A DNA stretch of 64,000 nucleotides from NCBI GenBank assembly GCA_963843375.1, contig CAWJKT010000014.1, positions 160,001 to 224,000 of the forward strand, given 5' to 3'. A program made the translations under genes and the position numbers. Of this stretch, positions 49,726 through 59,819 are shown in pieces. Position 1 is the stretch's first letter. Each line of letters opens with the position of its first letter. This stretch comes from an uncultured Pseudomonadota bacterium (GTDB lineage Bacteria; Oederibacteriota; Muellerivitia; Muellerivitales; Muellerivitaceae). The notes beneath the pieces were generated by a model that was given only the letters and a program-made list of their open reading frames with translations, made no database searches and was not told where the DNA came from.

Positions 49726-50202
49726 ATGAATACGAACCTCAAAACCGCAGATAAGACCGTGGATGTTCTTCTCGCGGAGGACAATCCGACAGATGTATTT
49801 TTTATCAAGGAAGCGCTCAAGCGGTGCCGATTTTCGATCCGCCTGGGAGTGGTCCGAAATGGGGAGGAGGCCCTCGCCTATCTTCGCCACCAGTGGCCCT
49901 ACGCCGAACATCCCCATCCCGACTTGGTCATACTTGATTTGAACCTTCCGAGGATAACCGGGTGGGAGGTCCTTAAAGAAATAAAAAAGGACTTTGAGTT
50001 GAACCCGATTCCGGTCGTAGTGATTACCACATTTAATAAAGCGGCAGACGCCCGGAAAGCCTATTGGTTAAACGCCGATTATTATCTCGTCAAACCCCTG
50101 AACCTGAACCAGTTTCCTCTATTGACCAAAACCATTGAACGGTTTTTGGAGGGGCCGTCCCATTGGCTTGATCAATGGACGGGAGATCCTTCCCGTTTCT
50201 AA
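49726..50202 (+). CDS. Single-domain response regulator (Rcp1-like)
   Basis: LLAEDN, PDLVILDLNLP, YLVKP; GGAGG RBS. Confidence 0.9.
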   Translation: MNTNLKTADKTVDVLLAEDNPTDVFFIKEALKRCRFSIRLGVVRNGEEALAYLRHQWPYAEHPHPDLVILDLNLPRITGWEVLKEIKKDFELNPIPVVVITTFNKAADARKAYWLNADYYLVKPLNLNQFPLLTKTIERFLEGPSHWLDQWTGDPSRF

Positions 50203-50424
50203 GGATCTTAAACGTGCTAAAAGTTCGCCAATCCCAAGGCGAAGACTTTGTTTACGCTCTTTATACCAATAAATCATCCCAAACCCTCCTGAGTTGTATC
50301 GCCAGTCCCTAAGATGATGTGTTCGTCCGGGACGACCCAATAGACAGAAGTTCAACCCCTGAACACTCCCGCTTTCATCGTGTAATATAGCCAAGGTCTC
50401 AAGGAATCCTGAAAAGACGGGGCT

Positions 50425-50886
50425 ATGAAAAAAAGAGCTTTATTCCTTTTCCTGTTGGGGACTCTTCAAATCGCGGGAAACTGCAGCCATACGCGCTGGA
50501 TTCAAAACCTGGGGTTCGTTACAGCTGCCTCCCCAGCGCCCAAGGTGTTCTGCAGTTTGGGGGACCAGGAAAGTTTCGCCAACCGGTATTTTTTGGATTG
50601 GAAGGATTCGAAAGGCGAAAGTCGTTCGATCCCAATTGATCATTCGGTTTTGGCCCGCTTGCGCGGGCCGGAGGCCCGCCGAAGCATGTACCTTCTGACC
50701 CTGGAAGGCGACTCCACCGGGTGGCCTTCGCTGAACCGCTCCATCCGGCGTTACGCCATTTGCGGCCCTCTGCTGAAAGAATGGGAAATTCAACCCGGCA
50801 GTTTTCAATGGCCGGTGACTATTCGAATCGTCCCCGTCGCCGGTTCCGTGATTCGAACGATCCCTTATGGTGACCCATGCCGATGA
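50425..50886 (+). CDS. Hypothetical exported protein, partner of the HTTM protein
   Basis: Signal-like N-terminus, TAASPAPKVF motif; ATGA overlap with the next gene. Confidence 0.65.
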   Translation: MKKRALFLFLLGTLQIAGNCSHTRWIQNLGFVTAASPAPKVFCSLGDQESFANRYFLDWKDSKGESRSIPIDHSVLARLRGPEARRSMYLLTLEGDSTGWPSLNRSIRRYAICGPLLKEWEIQPGSFQWPVTIRIVPVAGSVIRTIPYGDPCR

Positions 50887-51756
50887 AAAACGGATGGACG
50901 GGCGGCCATTACAGCCTCTTCCGGGCAGTGCTGGGGTTGTCGCTTTTGGCTTACTTCCTCCAGCTTTTACCTTGGGGCATGGAATTGTTTTCCAATCAGG
51001 GAGCTTTGGTCGTCTTTCGATCAAGGACATGGTTCTGTTTATTTTCCAAACATCCTCATCTTTTGGAACAGCCCGGCCGCTATTAGGGTGCTGCTGGCTT
51101 TCGGGGCGTTTTTTAGTGTTCTTTTGGCTTTAGGGCTCCGGGACAGGTTAGCCGCCATCGCTCTTTGGTACCTGTGGGCTTGCCTCTTGGACCGCAACCC
51201 TTTCATCTTGAACCCGCAACTCCCTTATATCGGATGGTTGTTGTTAGCCCATGCCTGCCTGCCGAAAGCGCCCCATGGTTCTTGGGAGGCCCGAAACCGG
51301 CCCGATCGGGGGAAGGACTGGGAATTTCCCCGGGCAATCCAGGAAGCCGGCTGGTGGGTGGTAGGTTTGAGTTACAGTTACAGTGGTTTTTACAAGCTGC
51401 TGACCCCAGCCTGGAAAGACGGAACCGCCTTGTTTTGGATCCTTCAGCACCCTTTAAGCCGCGAGAATATTTTTTGCCGGACCCTGCTGGAGATACCCTC
51501 GCCCTGCTTAATGGGATTGACATGGATCGTAGCTTGGATGGAGTTTCTTTACTGGCCTCTGGCGCTCTTCCGCCGGGCCCGTCCTTGGGTTTGGACGGCC
51601 ACCGTTCTATTGCATCTTGCCTTGATGTTCCTGATGGATTTTTTTTGGATTAGTTGGGGAATGATACTGGTTCAATTGTTTCTTTTTGATCCCTCTTGGG
51701 TGAAACCCGGTTTAAAAGAGCGCGGAAAGGGTGAGGCCTCCCGTGACTCCGCTTAA
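50883..51756 (+). CDS. HTTM-domain membrane protein, frameshift near 51043
   Basis: GWTGGHYSLFR N-terminus; LLDRNP, YSYSGFYKL...WKDG, HL motifs in the second frame. Confidence 0.7.
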
Positions 51757-53175
51757 GTCGACTTTGAGGGGGGACATGCCGGTGGGATCGGGATCGGCTT
51801 CGGGGACTACGGTGATCTGGGAGCCGGTGGAGGAATTGGGATTATATTCCAACCGGGAAAGAGTAGTCTGGCCTCCGCTGGAAAAATTTCCGGTCAAGTG
51901 TCCCGCCTGAAGCCAACGGTAGCCTATCGAAGGGGACAAAAGGAAATGGTCGGCGAATTCCCAGTCCAGTCCTACTTGAGCCTGTCCCCCAAAGGCGACT
52001 GAATTGTAATCGCTCGTGCCTGACGCCGAAGGGTTGCTGTAGTTCACATTGACTTCGATCGAGGCCAATCGGGGGCCGATGGAAGCGAAAAACTGCAATG
52101 GCCGGTCTCCTGTCAAGAGCCGCACATCCAGCCCTCCTACTAAGGCGCTCAAGGAGTAGGAAATAGAACTGTTTCCGTAAACGAGACTTTGGGTGTTCTC
52201 GGAAACGGTTCCCACCGGAAGATAGCTCAGGGGTATGCCGAACTCCAGATGGGTGTCCATGCGCAGGACCGGTTCCGCGATATAACCCACCAGGTTGTTG
52301 GGAACGGTTCCGGTAAAGCGGTAGCTTGGATCAGTGCTTAATTGGGAGTTCGCATAGAAGACTTGGGACTGAACATCAGCCGTGAATTCCGCCAAGTTGA
52401 TAAAGGATATCTCCGGTTGAAGCCGCAATCCTATTTGGGGGTATTCGACCGGGGTTGGAACTTCCGGAGTTTTTCCCGACCCATAGGCGTCAATCTGGGC
52501 GTCCACCCATTGTTTTTCCTGGATTGTTAACGGGGCTCTTAATCGGCGGAGGAAGTCCTGCAATTTGATGTCGGGTTTTATCTTGCAGGAAATACCCAGA
52601 TTCATTACTGCGTCGCGGGTATGGCCGGCTTTGTATTGGCAGGAACCCAGATAGTAGTAGAGCTTGGCGTCGCCAGGTTTTTCTAAGAGGGCTTGTTTAA
52701 AGAAAGGTATGGCATCCTGGTATTGCTTTTGTTGAAAAAGGGACAGGGCCTGATTATAGGCGCTTGGACCGGGTGTTGAGGCGGGAGGAACGGGTGGTGG
52801 GGTGGCTAAGGTTGTGGGGATGGGTGTGGAGGGGGTGCTGGTGGAACCCCCGGGTGGCAAGGCTGGGGGCGGTGGTTGGACAGGGTTTTGGTTATCGGGA
52901 GTAGCGGGAGGAACAGGAAGGTTTGGGGAAGTTGTTGCTGGGGGAGCAACGGTTGAAACATCGGGCGGCATCGGAGGCGAAGGCGGTTGAGGGGCGGATT
53001 GGTTATCAGGAAGAGTTGGAGGAGCGGGTACGGGTGAAGAGACCGATTGGGGGGGCGCACTAATAGTGACTTCGGGCGGGGGAGGGACCTGGTCATCCTC
53101 AGCCCCAAGGATGATCGACGGGGCAACCAGATTAATAACGATTAGATAATTCAGGATAAGGCGACGGGAGTGCAT
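51712..53175 (-). CDS. Exported Pro-rich + TPR + outer-membrane beta-barrel protein
   Basis: Signal peptide, about 110-aa Pro-rich stretch, TPR (YQDAIPFFKQAL..YYYLG), amphipathic strands ending LTLSALF. Confidence 0.75.
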   Translation of the reverse strand: MHSRRLILNYLIVINLVAPSIILGAEDDQVPPPPEVTISAPPQSVSSPVPAPPTLPDNQSAPQPPSPPMPPDVSTVAPPATTSPNLPVPPATPDNQNPVQPPPPALPPGGSTSTPSTPIPTTLATPPPVPPASTPGPSAYNQALSLFQQKQYQDAIPFFKQALLEKPGDAKLYYYLGSCQYKAGHTRDAVMNLGISCKIKPDIKLQDFLRRLRAPLTIQEKQWVDAQIDAYGSGKTPEVPTPVEYPQIGLRLQPEISFINLAEFTADVQSQVFYANSQLSTDPSYRFTGTVPNNLVGYIAEPVLRMDTHLEFGIPLSYLPVGTVSENTQSLVYGNSSISYSLSALVGGLDVRLLTGDRPLQFFASIGPRLASIEVNVNYSNPSASGTSDYNSVAFGGQAQVGLDWEFADHFLLSPSIGYRWLQAGHLTGNFSSGGQTTLSRLEYNPNSSTGSQITVVPEADPDPTGMSPLKVDLSGVTGGLTLSALF

Positions 53176-53296
53176 AAAACCTCGCTTATACGGATTGGAA
53201 TAATTGGCGCATTATAGCCTGAAAAGGGGATAGGGAAAAACGCAGAGTTTACTAGATGAGTCATTAAACCATTCTGGGGGCATTATGGCTCAAAAC

Positions 53297-53331
53297 AAAA
53301 AAGGGCCCCGCCTGGAGGCGAGGCCCTTTTT
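53297..53331 (-). terminator. Terminator hairpin (bidirectional geometry)
   Basis: AAAAAAGGGCC...GGCCCTTTTT. Confidence 0.7.
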
Positions 53332-53349
53332 GCAAAGTTAGGGTAAGCC

Positions 53350-54330
53350 TTAATAAATAAGGAAGTTATCCAATTTGATATTACCGGGGCCGAGTGTTCC
53401 GGAGCCGGTGTTGTAAAGGGCGCCGACCTGAACAACATCCGCTGAATTCTCACCCGCTCCGGCCCAAGTTGGAGTAAAGGTGATTCTTGTCCAGGCATTG
53501 GGTGCCAGGTTGGTCCAAGCGTTTTGCTCCTCAACCCATGAACCGCTTTGGACGAATAGGTAACCACCGGGATAAGTATTGTTGATCGCGGCGTCAATCC
53601 AGAGGTCCGCTTGGAGGGTATATCCGGTCAGGTTTGCCGCCGTGGGGAAGGTGTAGGCCAGGGCCTCCTGTTGGTTGTTGGTACCGGCGGCAAATGGAAC
53701 ATAGAGGTTTAAACAGTAACCGGTGCCAGGGTACCCCGGTGCTACGTCGCTTAAGACCTCGCTGGCGGAACCACTGAACCAATCGCCGCTGGCCCAGCCG
53801 TCGTTGGTGTCATCGTCAAAGGTCCAACTATAAACATTGGTCGGGGGGCAGGCCGAAGAAACCAGCCGGATGTTATCGATGTAGATGTTACCCACATTGG
53901 CGGCGGTCGTGCCCCCGCTGTTTAGGATGAAATAAAGTTTTGAAAGTGGAGAGGTCGAAGTGATGGTCCCCGCGCCGAAGGATACAGGAAGGGCCACGGT
54001 TTGTTCAACACCGCCTACCAGGTTTCCGCTACCTGGCGAGATGGAAGACCCATAAACCCCTTGGACAGTGGAATCGGCGTCGAGTTCCAATTCGTCTCAA
54101 GTGGTTCCGGCGACCAGAGAGCTGTCCACATAAACATCCACCAGGACCTCCGTGACGGCGGACCAATTCGGGGGGTCGACTGAATTAAGCATCAGGAATT
54201 GGTTCCATCCCGAGGAAGTGGTGACATCCACGTTGATCGAACCCGTCCCCTGGGTGACATGCAGGGTGGATATAACGGGATTGGAGTCATTAGCTGAGGT
54301 CGTTGTCAGGACCCCATTATCCAGAATAGG
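53350..54330 (-). pseudogene. Truncated tandem CBM-like (galactose-binding fold) protein, paralog of 54559-55953
   Basis: Frame continues upstream of 54090 through a TGA (GTT*DEL) to about 54330 with no start codon or signal peptide; domains end IYIDNIRL and IKLDNFLIY; FVQSGSW..WTNL shared with the neighbour. Confidence 0.65.
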
Positions 54331-54495
54331 GTATTCACTCCCTCATATTGATTTAAATACGTTGCGCGGATAGTGGAATGATACCACGAATTATCGAATC
54401 TTAATTATTTCTGCTTTTTTGATTGGATTTTCAAAAGAAAATCCCCGGAATTATTTTGAATTGTTTCTGCAGATACGAGGACAAAGTCGGGAAAT

Positions 54496-54531
54496 AAAAA
54501 ACGGCACACCTTGAAGGGGATGCCGTTTTTT
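54496..54531 (-). terminator. Terminator hairpin
   Basis: AAAAACGGCA...TGCCGTTTTTT. Confidence 0.7.
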
Positions 54532-54558
54532 AAAAGAAATTCCGCTTAAGCTATTTTC

Positions 54559-55953
54559 TTAATAGTATTCGACGCTGTCCACATAAACGAGCCCTGGGGC
54601 GAAAACGCTACCGCTTCCGCCGGACCCAACCTGGACACCAATGTTATCTATTTCGCCTACGTCGGTAATGTCCGACTCAGGAATAAAGACTTGAACCCAA
54701 GATCCCACGGTCAAATTCGTCCAAGAACCGTTCGCCCAAGTATCACTGGCTCCGCTTTGGACGTAAAATTGAGCGCCTGTGGGATTGTTCGAGAGGGCTG
54801 TTGTGATTTCAACTTCTGACCTGATTCCCTGGATGTTCAAACTGGTCGCATTGAAGGCTGTGGAATAAGTGTAAGAAAAGTTGGTGGCCTCGTTGGCGGC
54901 TCCAAAGGTGACATAGGCGCCCAAACATCCCGCGGAACTGTTATACCCTGGGGAGTAAATGGATAAGGGGGAGGAGAAAGAGGAAGTGCCGCCTGACCCG
55001 CCTCCATCAGAAATGGCCCAACCTTCAATCGAGCCGCCGTCGAACTCAAAAGAATCCGCGGCGATGGGAGTAGGCGTGAAGGTAGGGGTGGATGGGGCCG
55101 GCGCGGTAATGGATACCGAGGCGATATAAACGGTTACTGGAGTCGTTATATAAGGAGCGCCGTTGGCGGGGAGCTGGAACACAAACTGAGTCACCCCTTC
55201 TCCGGTTGCTCCTGGAAAGGTAGTACTCACGGTAACCCAGCTATTGGAGGGAGCGGTTTCGGTCGTTAATGCGGTGTAATCAAAATAATTCCCGCCGTCC
55301 ACACTGCCTTGGGTGTAAACCTGGGTATATTGACCCGACAAAGTCGTTGAAGAAACCACTTGGTATAACAGGGATATGGTTGATCCCGGCGTGATCGTTA
55401 CACCCGGTGAAAATTGCATACCAATTAGTTCTTGAGTGCTAGAGGAAGTGAACGGAAGCACCACCTCAATGGCCCCTCCGCCCGGAGGCGTTGCGCCACC
55501 CACACTATTCGTTTGGGTAACGGTCGTAGGCATAGTTCCCCAAGCCGTCCAGCCTTGATTACATGTGGCAAATGTATATGTCGGTTGGAGTACGGGCGTG
55601 CAGGCTCCGCCGGGCGTGTTGGTGACAGTGGGGGTAGCGGTATTAGTTGGAGTGCTTGTAATAGTGAATGTGGCGGTGAGCGTGGGCGTATTCGTGACGG
55701 TCGGGGTCATAGTGGGGCTGCCCGGCGTGCCGGTGGGCGTGGCGGTTGCGGTGTTCGTGAGGGTGCTGGTAATAGTTGCGGTGGGGGTTTTAGTGGTTGT
55801 GGCGGACGGAGTGAAAGTTAACAAAACGGTGTTCGTCGGGGTGAATGTGTTTGTAGGAGGAAAAGTTGGTTGTGCGAGGTGGCGGCAGCTACTCCCCATG
55901 GTTACAACCGATACCAAGGTCATGAGGAAACCAAATCCAATCCAATGCTTCAT
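54559..55953 (-). CDS. Lipoprotein with Thr-rich linker and two CBM-like jelly-roll domains
   Basis: Lipobox GSSC; YTFATCNQGW and FEFDGGSIEGW domain starts; VYIASV and VYVDSV ends. Confidence 0.75.
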   Translation of the reverse strand: MKHWIGFGFLMTLVSVVTMGSSCRHLAQPTFPPTNTFTPTNTVLLTFTPSATTTKTPTATITSTLTNTATATPTGTPGSPTMTPTVTNTPTLTATFTITSTPTNTATPTVTNTPGGACTPVLQPTYTFATCNQGWTAWGTMPTTVTQTNSVGGATPPGGGAIEVVLPFTSSSTQELIGMQFSPGVTITPGSTISLLYQVVSSTTLSGQYTQVYTQGSVDGGNYFDYTALTTETAPSNSWVTVSTTFPGATGEGVTQFVFQLPANGAPYITTPVTVYIASVSITAPAPSTPTFTPTPIAADSFEFDGGSIEGWAISDGGGSGGTSSFSSPLSIYSPGYNSSAGCLGAYVTFGAANEATNFSYTYSTAFNATSLNIQGIRSEVEITTALSNNPTGAQFYVQSGASDTWANGSWTNLTVGSWVQVFIPESDITDVGEIDNIGVQVGSGGSGSVFAPGLVYVDSVEYY

Positions 55954-56318
55954 TTTCCGCCTCCGAGATTTTTCAAAAAAAGATCGATTAATGGAAGTAT
56001 AACACTCTTTGGCGTTTATTTTCTTTTCTAAAAGAAAAAGGAGAAAGAGCCCGAAAAACCCTTGGGTGCGGCCTTGGGTTTTGTTTTTTTATGGATTTAA
56101 AAAATGTGAAAAGAAAAGGGCTTAAAAGGCGAAACATCTCCCGGGAAAACCGTTTAACGGTTTACCATCGAGGCTGCGCCTTTTAAACTTTTCTAAACTT
56201 TTAAAGGATTTTTACAGATGAAAAGGTTTCCGGGTTCGCCCGGTATTTAGTAGAATGCCAGCGCTTTTCCAATAGCCATTCTTCGAACTTTTTTTAACTT
56301 CCATCTCAACCATTTAAG

Positions 56319-57092
56319 GTGGCCATGACCCTGTCAAAAAAATATTTTTATGGAATGGTTTTGTGCTTTGGGATTTTCCTTGCGGGTTGTGGTGCTGTTC
56401 TGGTGAACAAGGGATCTAAGAACGAGCCTTTGACAGACGGATTGAAAAATCCTGCAGACCTTGTGGTGAGGGTCAAGGTCCCCGCGGATCAGAAGGTGAT
56501 TGATAATTTCGATGACGGTTCCACCAACATGAGTTCTAAACTATATGGGGGTGGAGGAACTTGGAACGCTTTCGCTTCCGCTGGCAGTAACCTCACGACT
56601 CCCTATATTGTCTCCGGCGGTGCCAATGGAACCGCCATGGCTGTCCACATGTCCGGGACCCTGATCAATAAGGGTGATGGGCAATATCCTTCCTTTACGC
56701 TCCAGGGCATGTTCAAGAAAAGCGGGACCTATGACGCAAGTATGTTTGATGGCATCAGGTTCTACTACAAGTGTCCCGCCGACGATAAGGCCCCGGCCCG
56801 GCGTTTTAATGTGACCATTCCCGCCACCTTGCCTTCTTCTAATGGCGGAACTTGTTCGGATCAGTGTTACAACCATTTTGGAGCGGACCTTTCCATGACT
56901 GGGGATTGGGTGCAAAAAACCTACTCATTCAGTGATTTAAAACGTCAACCGGGTTGGGGATCCATCGTAACGCCGCCGGATTTCACCGATCACTTGAAGG
57001 AATTAATGACAATTGAATGGGACCACAATGCGGGAAATACCGCTGGAACCTATCCGATCGATTACTGGGTGGATGAAGTAGAGTTTTTTTAG
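56319..57092 (+). CDS. Lipoprotein with CBM11/CIA30-like carbohydrate-binding domain
   Basis: Lipobox LAGC; IDNFDDG...W, YDASMFDGIRFY, W....FSDL.QPGWG, WVDEVEF. Confidence 0.8.
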   Translation: MAMTLSKKYFYGMVLCFGIFLAGCGAVLVNKGSKNEPLTDGLKNPADLVVRVKVPADQKVIDNFDDGSTNMSSKLYGGGGTWNAFASAGSNLTTPYIVSGGANGTAMAVHMSGTLINKGDGQYPSFTLQGMFKKSGTYDASMFDGIRFYYKCPADDKAPARRFNVTIPATLPSSNGGTCSDQCYNHFGADLSMTGDWVQKTYSFSDLKRQPGWGSIVTPPDFTDHLKELMTIEWDHNAGNTAGTYPIDYWVDEVEFF

Positions 57093-57194
57093 AGTGTCTT
57101 GAAAAGATTTTAGGTATGGGTTTGGCCCATTAAAACGCTTTTGTCGAAGGTTTTTGATTCTCCGGCGTTTCAGGAGTGCGGTTTGAAGTTAAAA

Positions 57195-59816
57195 ATGAAA
57201 ACCCTTTTGTCTGGCCTTTTACTCGGTTTCCTCTTTTTAGGATCCGCGGGAGTTTCTTTGCTTTGGGCCGACCCCAGCGATAACGTCACTCCTGATCAAT
57301 CGCTTTACCAACGAGTCAAAAAACTAGGGGACTATGGCCTCCTGGATCCCAAGGACAAAGCGGTCCTGGATCAAGGTCTTGTAGTCAATCGACTGGAGTT
57401 GGCCTTTTATGTTGAAAAGGCCAAGGCCCGCTTGGATGCGCCCGACTATCCCACGCCCGAAATAACCCCGGAGCAACCCACGGCGATTCCGACTTTGCCC
57501 CCGCCCGTATTGCCTACCGCGACGGCGGTCATCGTTGTTCCGCCTCCCGTTGTTCCACCCCCCATGGAAGCCCCGATGATTCCTGCGCCCATTGCTCCGG
57601 TTCCGGTGGCAACAGTGCCGCCGGCTCCAGTTCACGACGCCTTGCGAAAAGAAATTGACGATTTATTGAAAGAGCTGCACCAGGAATCGGAAGTTTTGCG
57701 CAACCGAGCTGGATTGGATGATTACCGTATCCAGCAGGACCAGGCGGAACTGGACCAACTCAAGGACGTCCAGGACGAAGTGGATTCCGTGTTCAAGAAA
57801 GCCAACAAGTCCGGTGGTGCTCCCCATTTTTCGACCATCTCGGATATCCGGGTGGAAAACGTCAATGTTTCCGGACTGACCCAGGTCAGCGCCACTTCTA
57901 TCAAGAATGAAGTGAATCTGGGAGTTTGGAGCGATTTGGGCGGGAAGGGTTCTATCAGCTTGGGGGTGGGGAGCTACGTTTATTCCTCCATTACTGACAC
58001 GCCGTCGCAACCGGCTTCGATTTATCTCTTCAGCCCCCAGGTCCATTGGAGCATGGATGGGAAACTGGGTCATTGGGACAATACTTTCGCGGTGGAGGAT
58101 TATACCTCCGATGTCGACTTGGGAGATTTCACCCGAGGCCTTCCCCTCAGCAACCTGCGTTATGAGGAACCCTTCGAGATCAAACGATATTCCACCGACA
58201 AGAATATGAAAAACTGGGACGACTATATGACTAACCTGGGGTACGTTCCCAGTTACACTTCTTGGATAACCTCAAACACTACGGGTAACGTGTTTGACGG
58301 GCTTTACATGGTTGGAAGCAACCTTCCCCTCTTGAGCAAGGATGCGAAGGCTACCATGCTGCTTGGCCGAATGGGAAGGACCGCGGATGACCCCGATTCC
58401 GACTTGCCCGAAAACCACCGGTTGGAGGAGGGTCTCAAATACAGCCAGCCTTGGGCCGGGGGATTTTTGGAAACGTCTTTGTCCGCCTATTGGATCAATG
58501 AGAATCTCGGAATAACCCCACCCAATACCCCCACCATGGACTCCCAAAATTATGAAGCCGATATGGCTTTCAATATAAAACCCTTCTTCCTGTCCCTGAA
58601 GGGAGCCTACAGCCAGTTTTATACGGGAATAGAAACCGCAAGCCCCTATAGCCTCGTCGCTCCTAACGTTGACCTATCCAATCCCACGCCTTTGGAAGCC
58701 CCGGCCGGACAAGCTTCCCTGACCTATTATCCCTTCACTATGTATTACACCGCCATCAGCCCGAATTATTCGGATATTAATGCCACGGTTTATGCAGCGG
58801 GTTTCAATTTGAACCGTTATGGATATGCCTATACGGGCCTTCAAGATTATTATTACGGTTTCGTGGGCATGGTCAACGACATGATCAGCGACCGACACGG
58901 ATGGCGGGCCAACCTGGGCTGGCAAGGCCGCCAGCAGGATTGGATGAAGTCCTGGCCCTCTATTCTCGATGATATCATCATCAATTTTGATGTAGCCTCC
59001 AACACTGAATACACCGTCATTCCGGATGAAACCGGGCAAAATGTCATCGAAACCTACCAATTGATTACGGTTTTTTACCCGGATGACACGGGAATGTGGG
59101 GAAGCAGTGTTTGGGGAGGATACGGCGGGATTCACCCCATGGGGCAAGCTTATGAAAACAATATCGCGGGCATCCGTAACGATGGCTATGGCACCGCCAA
59201 CGAGTTCTACCTGAATTCCTTGGGAGTGGATTTCGTACAGCGTATACCCTTCATGCTCCCCACGGCCAATGAACCGGTCCAGGACATCAATGGAAAAGCT
59301 GTCACACTGAGTTCGGGGACCAATACCTATACCCAGCTTGATAACCTGAAGACCTTCAACTACATCACCCTGACGACCAAACTCCAGCTCAACAAGATGC
59401 TGGGGATGCCCGAGCCTTTCTATGGCAGTTTCTTCTTCACGGATCATCAGATTTCCGGAACGACCACCAATCCCGCTCTCGTGAATATGCCGGATCCCAA
59501 CCGGCCGGGCCAGACCCTTGCCAATATCCCGGACATGTTCAATCAGCAAGTCTATGACGCGTCGGTTCTTTATCAAGTCGCGAAAAACTTGAACCTGTTG
59601 GCGGATTATGGTTGGGAAATTTGGAACTCGAATTATACCTATCCCATCGTCAACTTCCGCACCGATTCTTACGGGGCGGGGTTCGCTTATGACCTGCCTT
59701 GGGGGGGCGGGAAATTCGAATTCCGTTTCAAGCGCTTGAGTTACCAGGATTTTTCCGTGGTGGCGAACAGCTACCAGGCAAACCAGATTTATTCATATCT
59801 CTTATTTCAGTTTTAA
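57195..59816 (+). CDS. OmpM-like outer-membrane protein 1: SLH-like domain, Pro-rich linker, coiled coil, large beta-barrel
   Basis: Signal peptide; SDNVTPDQSLYQRVKKLGDYGLL...NRLELAFYVEKA; coiled coil; ends YLLFQF; start 57183 or 57195. Confidence 0.7.
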   Translation: MKTLLSGLLLGFLFLGSAGVSLLWADPSDNVTPDQSLYQRVKKLGDYGLLDPKDKAVLDQGLVVNRLELAFYVEKAKARLDAPDYPTPEITPEQPTAIPTLPPPVLPTATAVIVVPPPVVPPPMEAPMIPAPIAPVPVATVPPAPVHDALRKEIDDLLKELHQESEVLRNRAGLDDYRIQQDQAELDQLKDVQDEVDSVFKKANKSGGAPHFSTISDIRVENVNVSGLTQVSATSIKNEVNLGVWSDLGGKGSISLGVGSYVYSSITDTPSQPASIYLFSPQVHWSMDGKLGHWDNTFAVEDYTSDVDLGDFTRGLPLSNLRYEEPFEIKRYSTDKNMKNWDDYMTNLGYVPSYTSWITSNTTGNVFDGLYMVGSNLPLLSKDAKATMLLGRMGRTADDPDSDLPENHRLEEGLKYSQPWAGGFLETSLSAYWINENLGITPPNTPTMDSQNYEADMAFNIKPFFLSLKGAYSQFYTGIETASPYSLVAPNVDLSNPTPLEAPAGQASLTYYPFTMYYTAISPNYSDINATVYAAGFNLNRYGYAYTGLQDYYYGFVGMVNDMISDRHGWRANLGWQGRQQDWMKSWPSILDDIIINFDVASNTEYTVIPDETGQNVIETYQLITVFYPDDTGMWGSSVWGGYGGIHPMGQAYENNIAGIRNDGYGTANEFYLNSLGVDFVQRIPFMLPTANEPVQDINGKAVTLSSGTNTYTQLDNLKTFNYITLTTKLQLNKMLGMPEPFYGSFFFTDHQISGTTTNPALVNMPDPNRPGQTLANIPDMFNQQVYDASVLYQVAKNLNLLADYGWEIWNSNYTYPIVNFRTDSYGAGFAYDLPWGGGKFEFRFKRLSYQDFSVVANSYQANQIYSYLLFQF

Positions 59817-59819
59817 ACG

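Noticed and set aside
5136..54100. In-frame TGA at expected Trp positions (RHS remnant 5136; CBM remnant about 54098) suggesting a TGA=Trp code
   Set aside because: TGA cleanly ends many intact genes (xylF, GH29, sugar-binding protein, SRPBCC), and both cases lie in truncated remnants; TGG-to-TGA is a simple transition.
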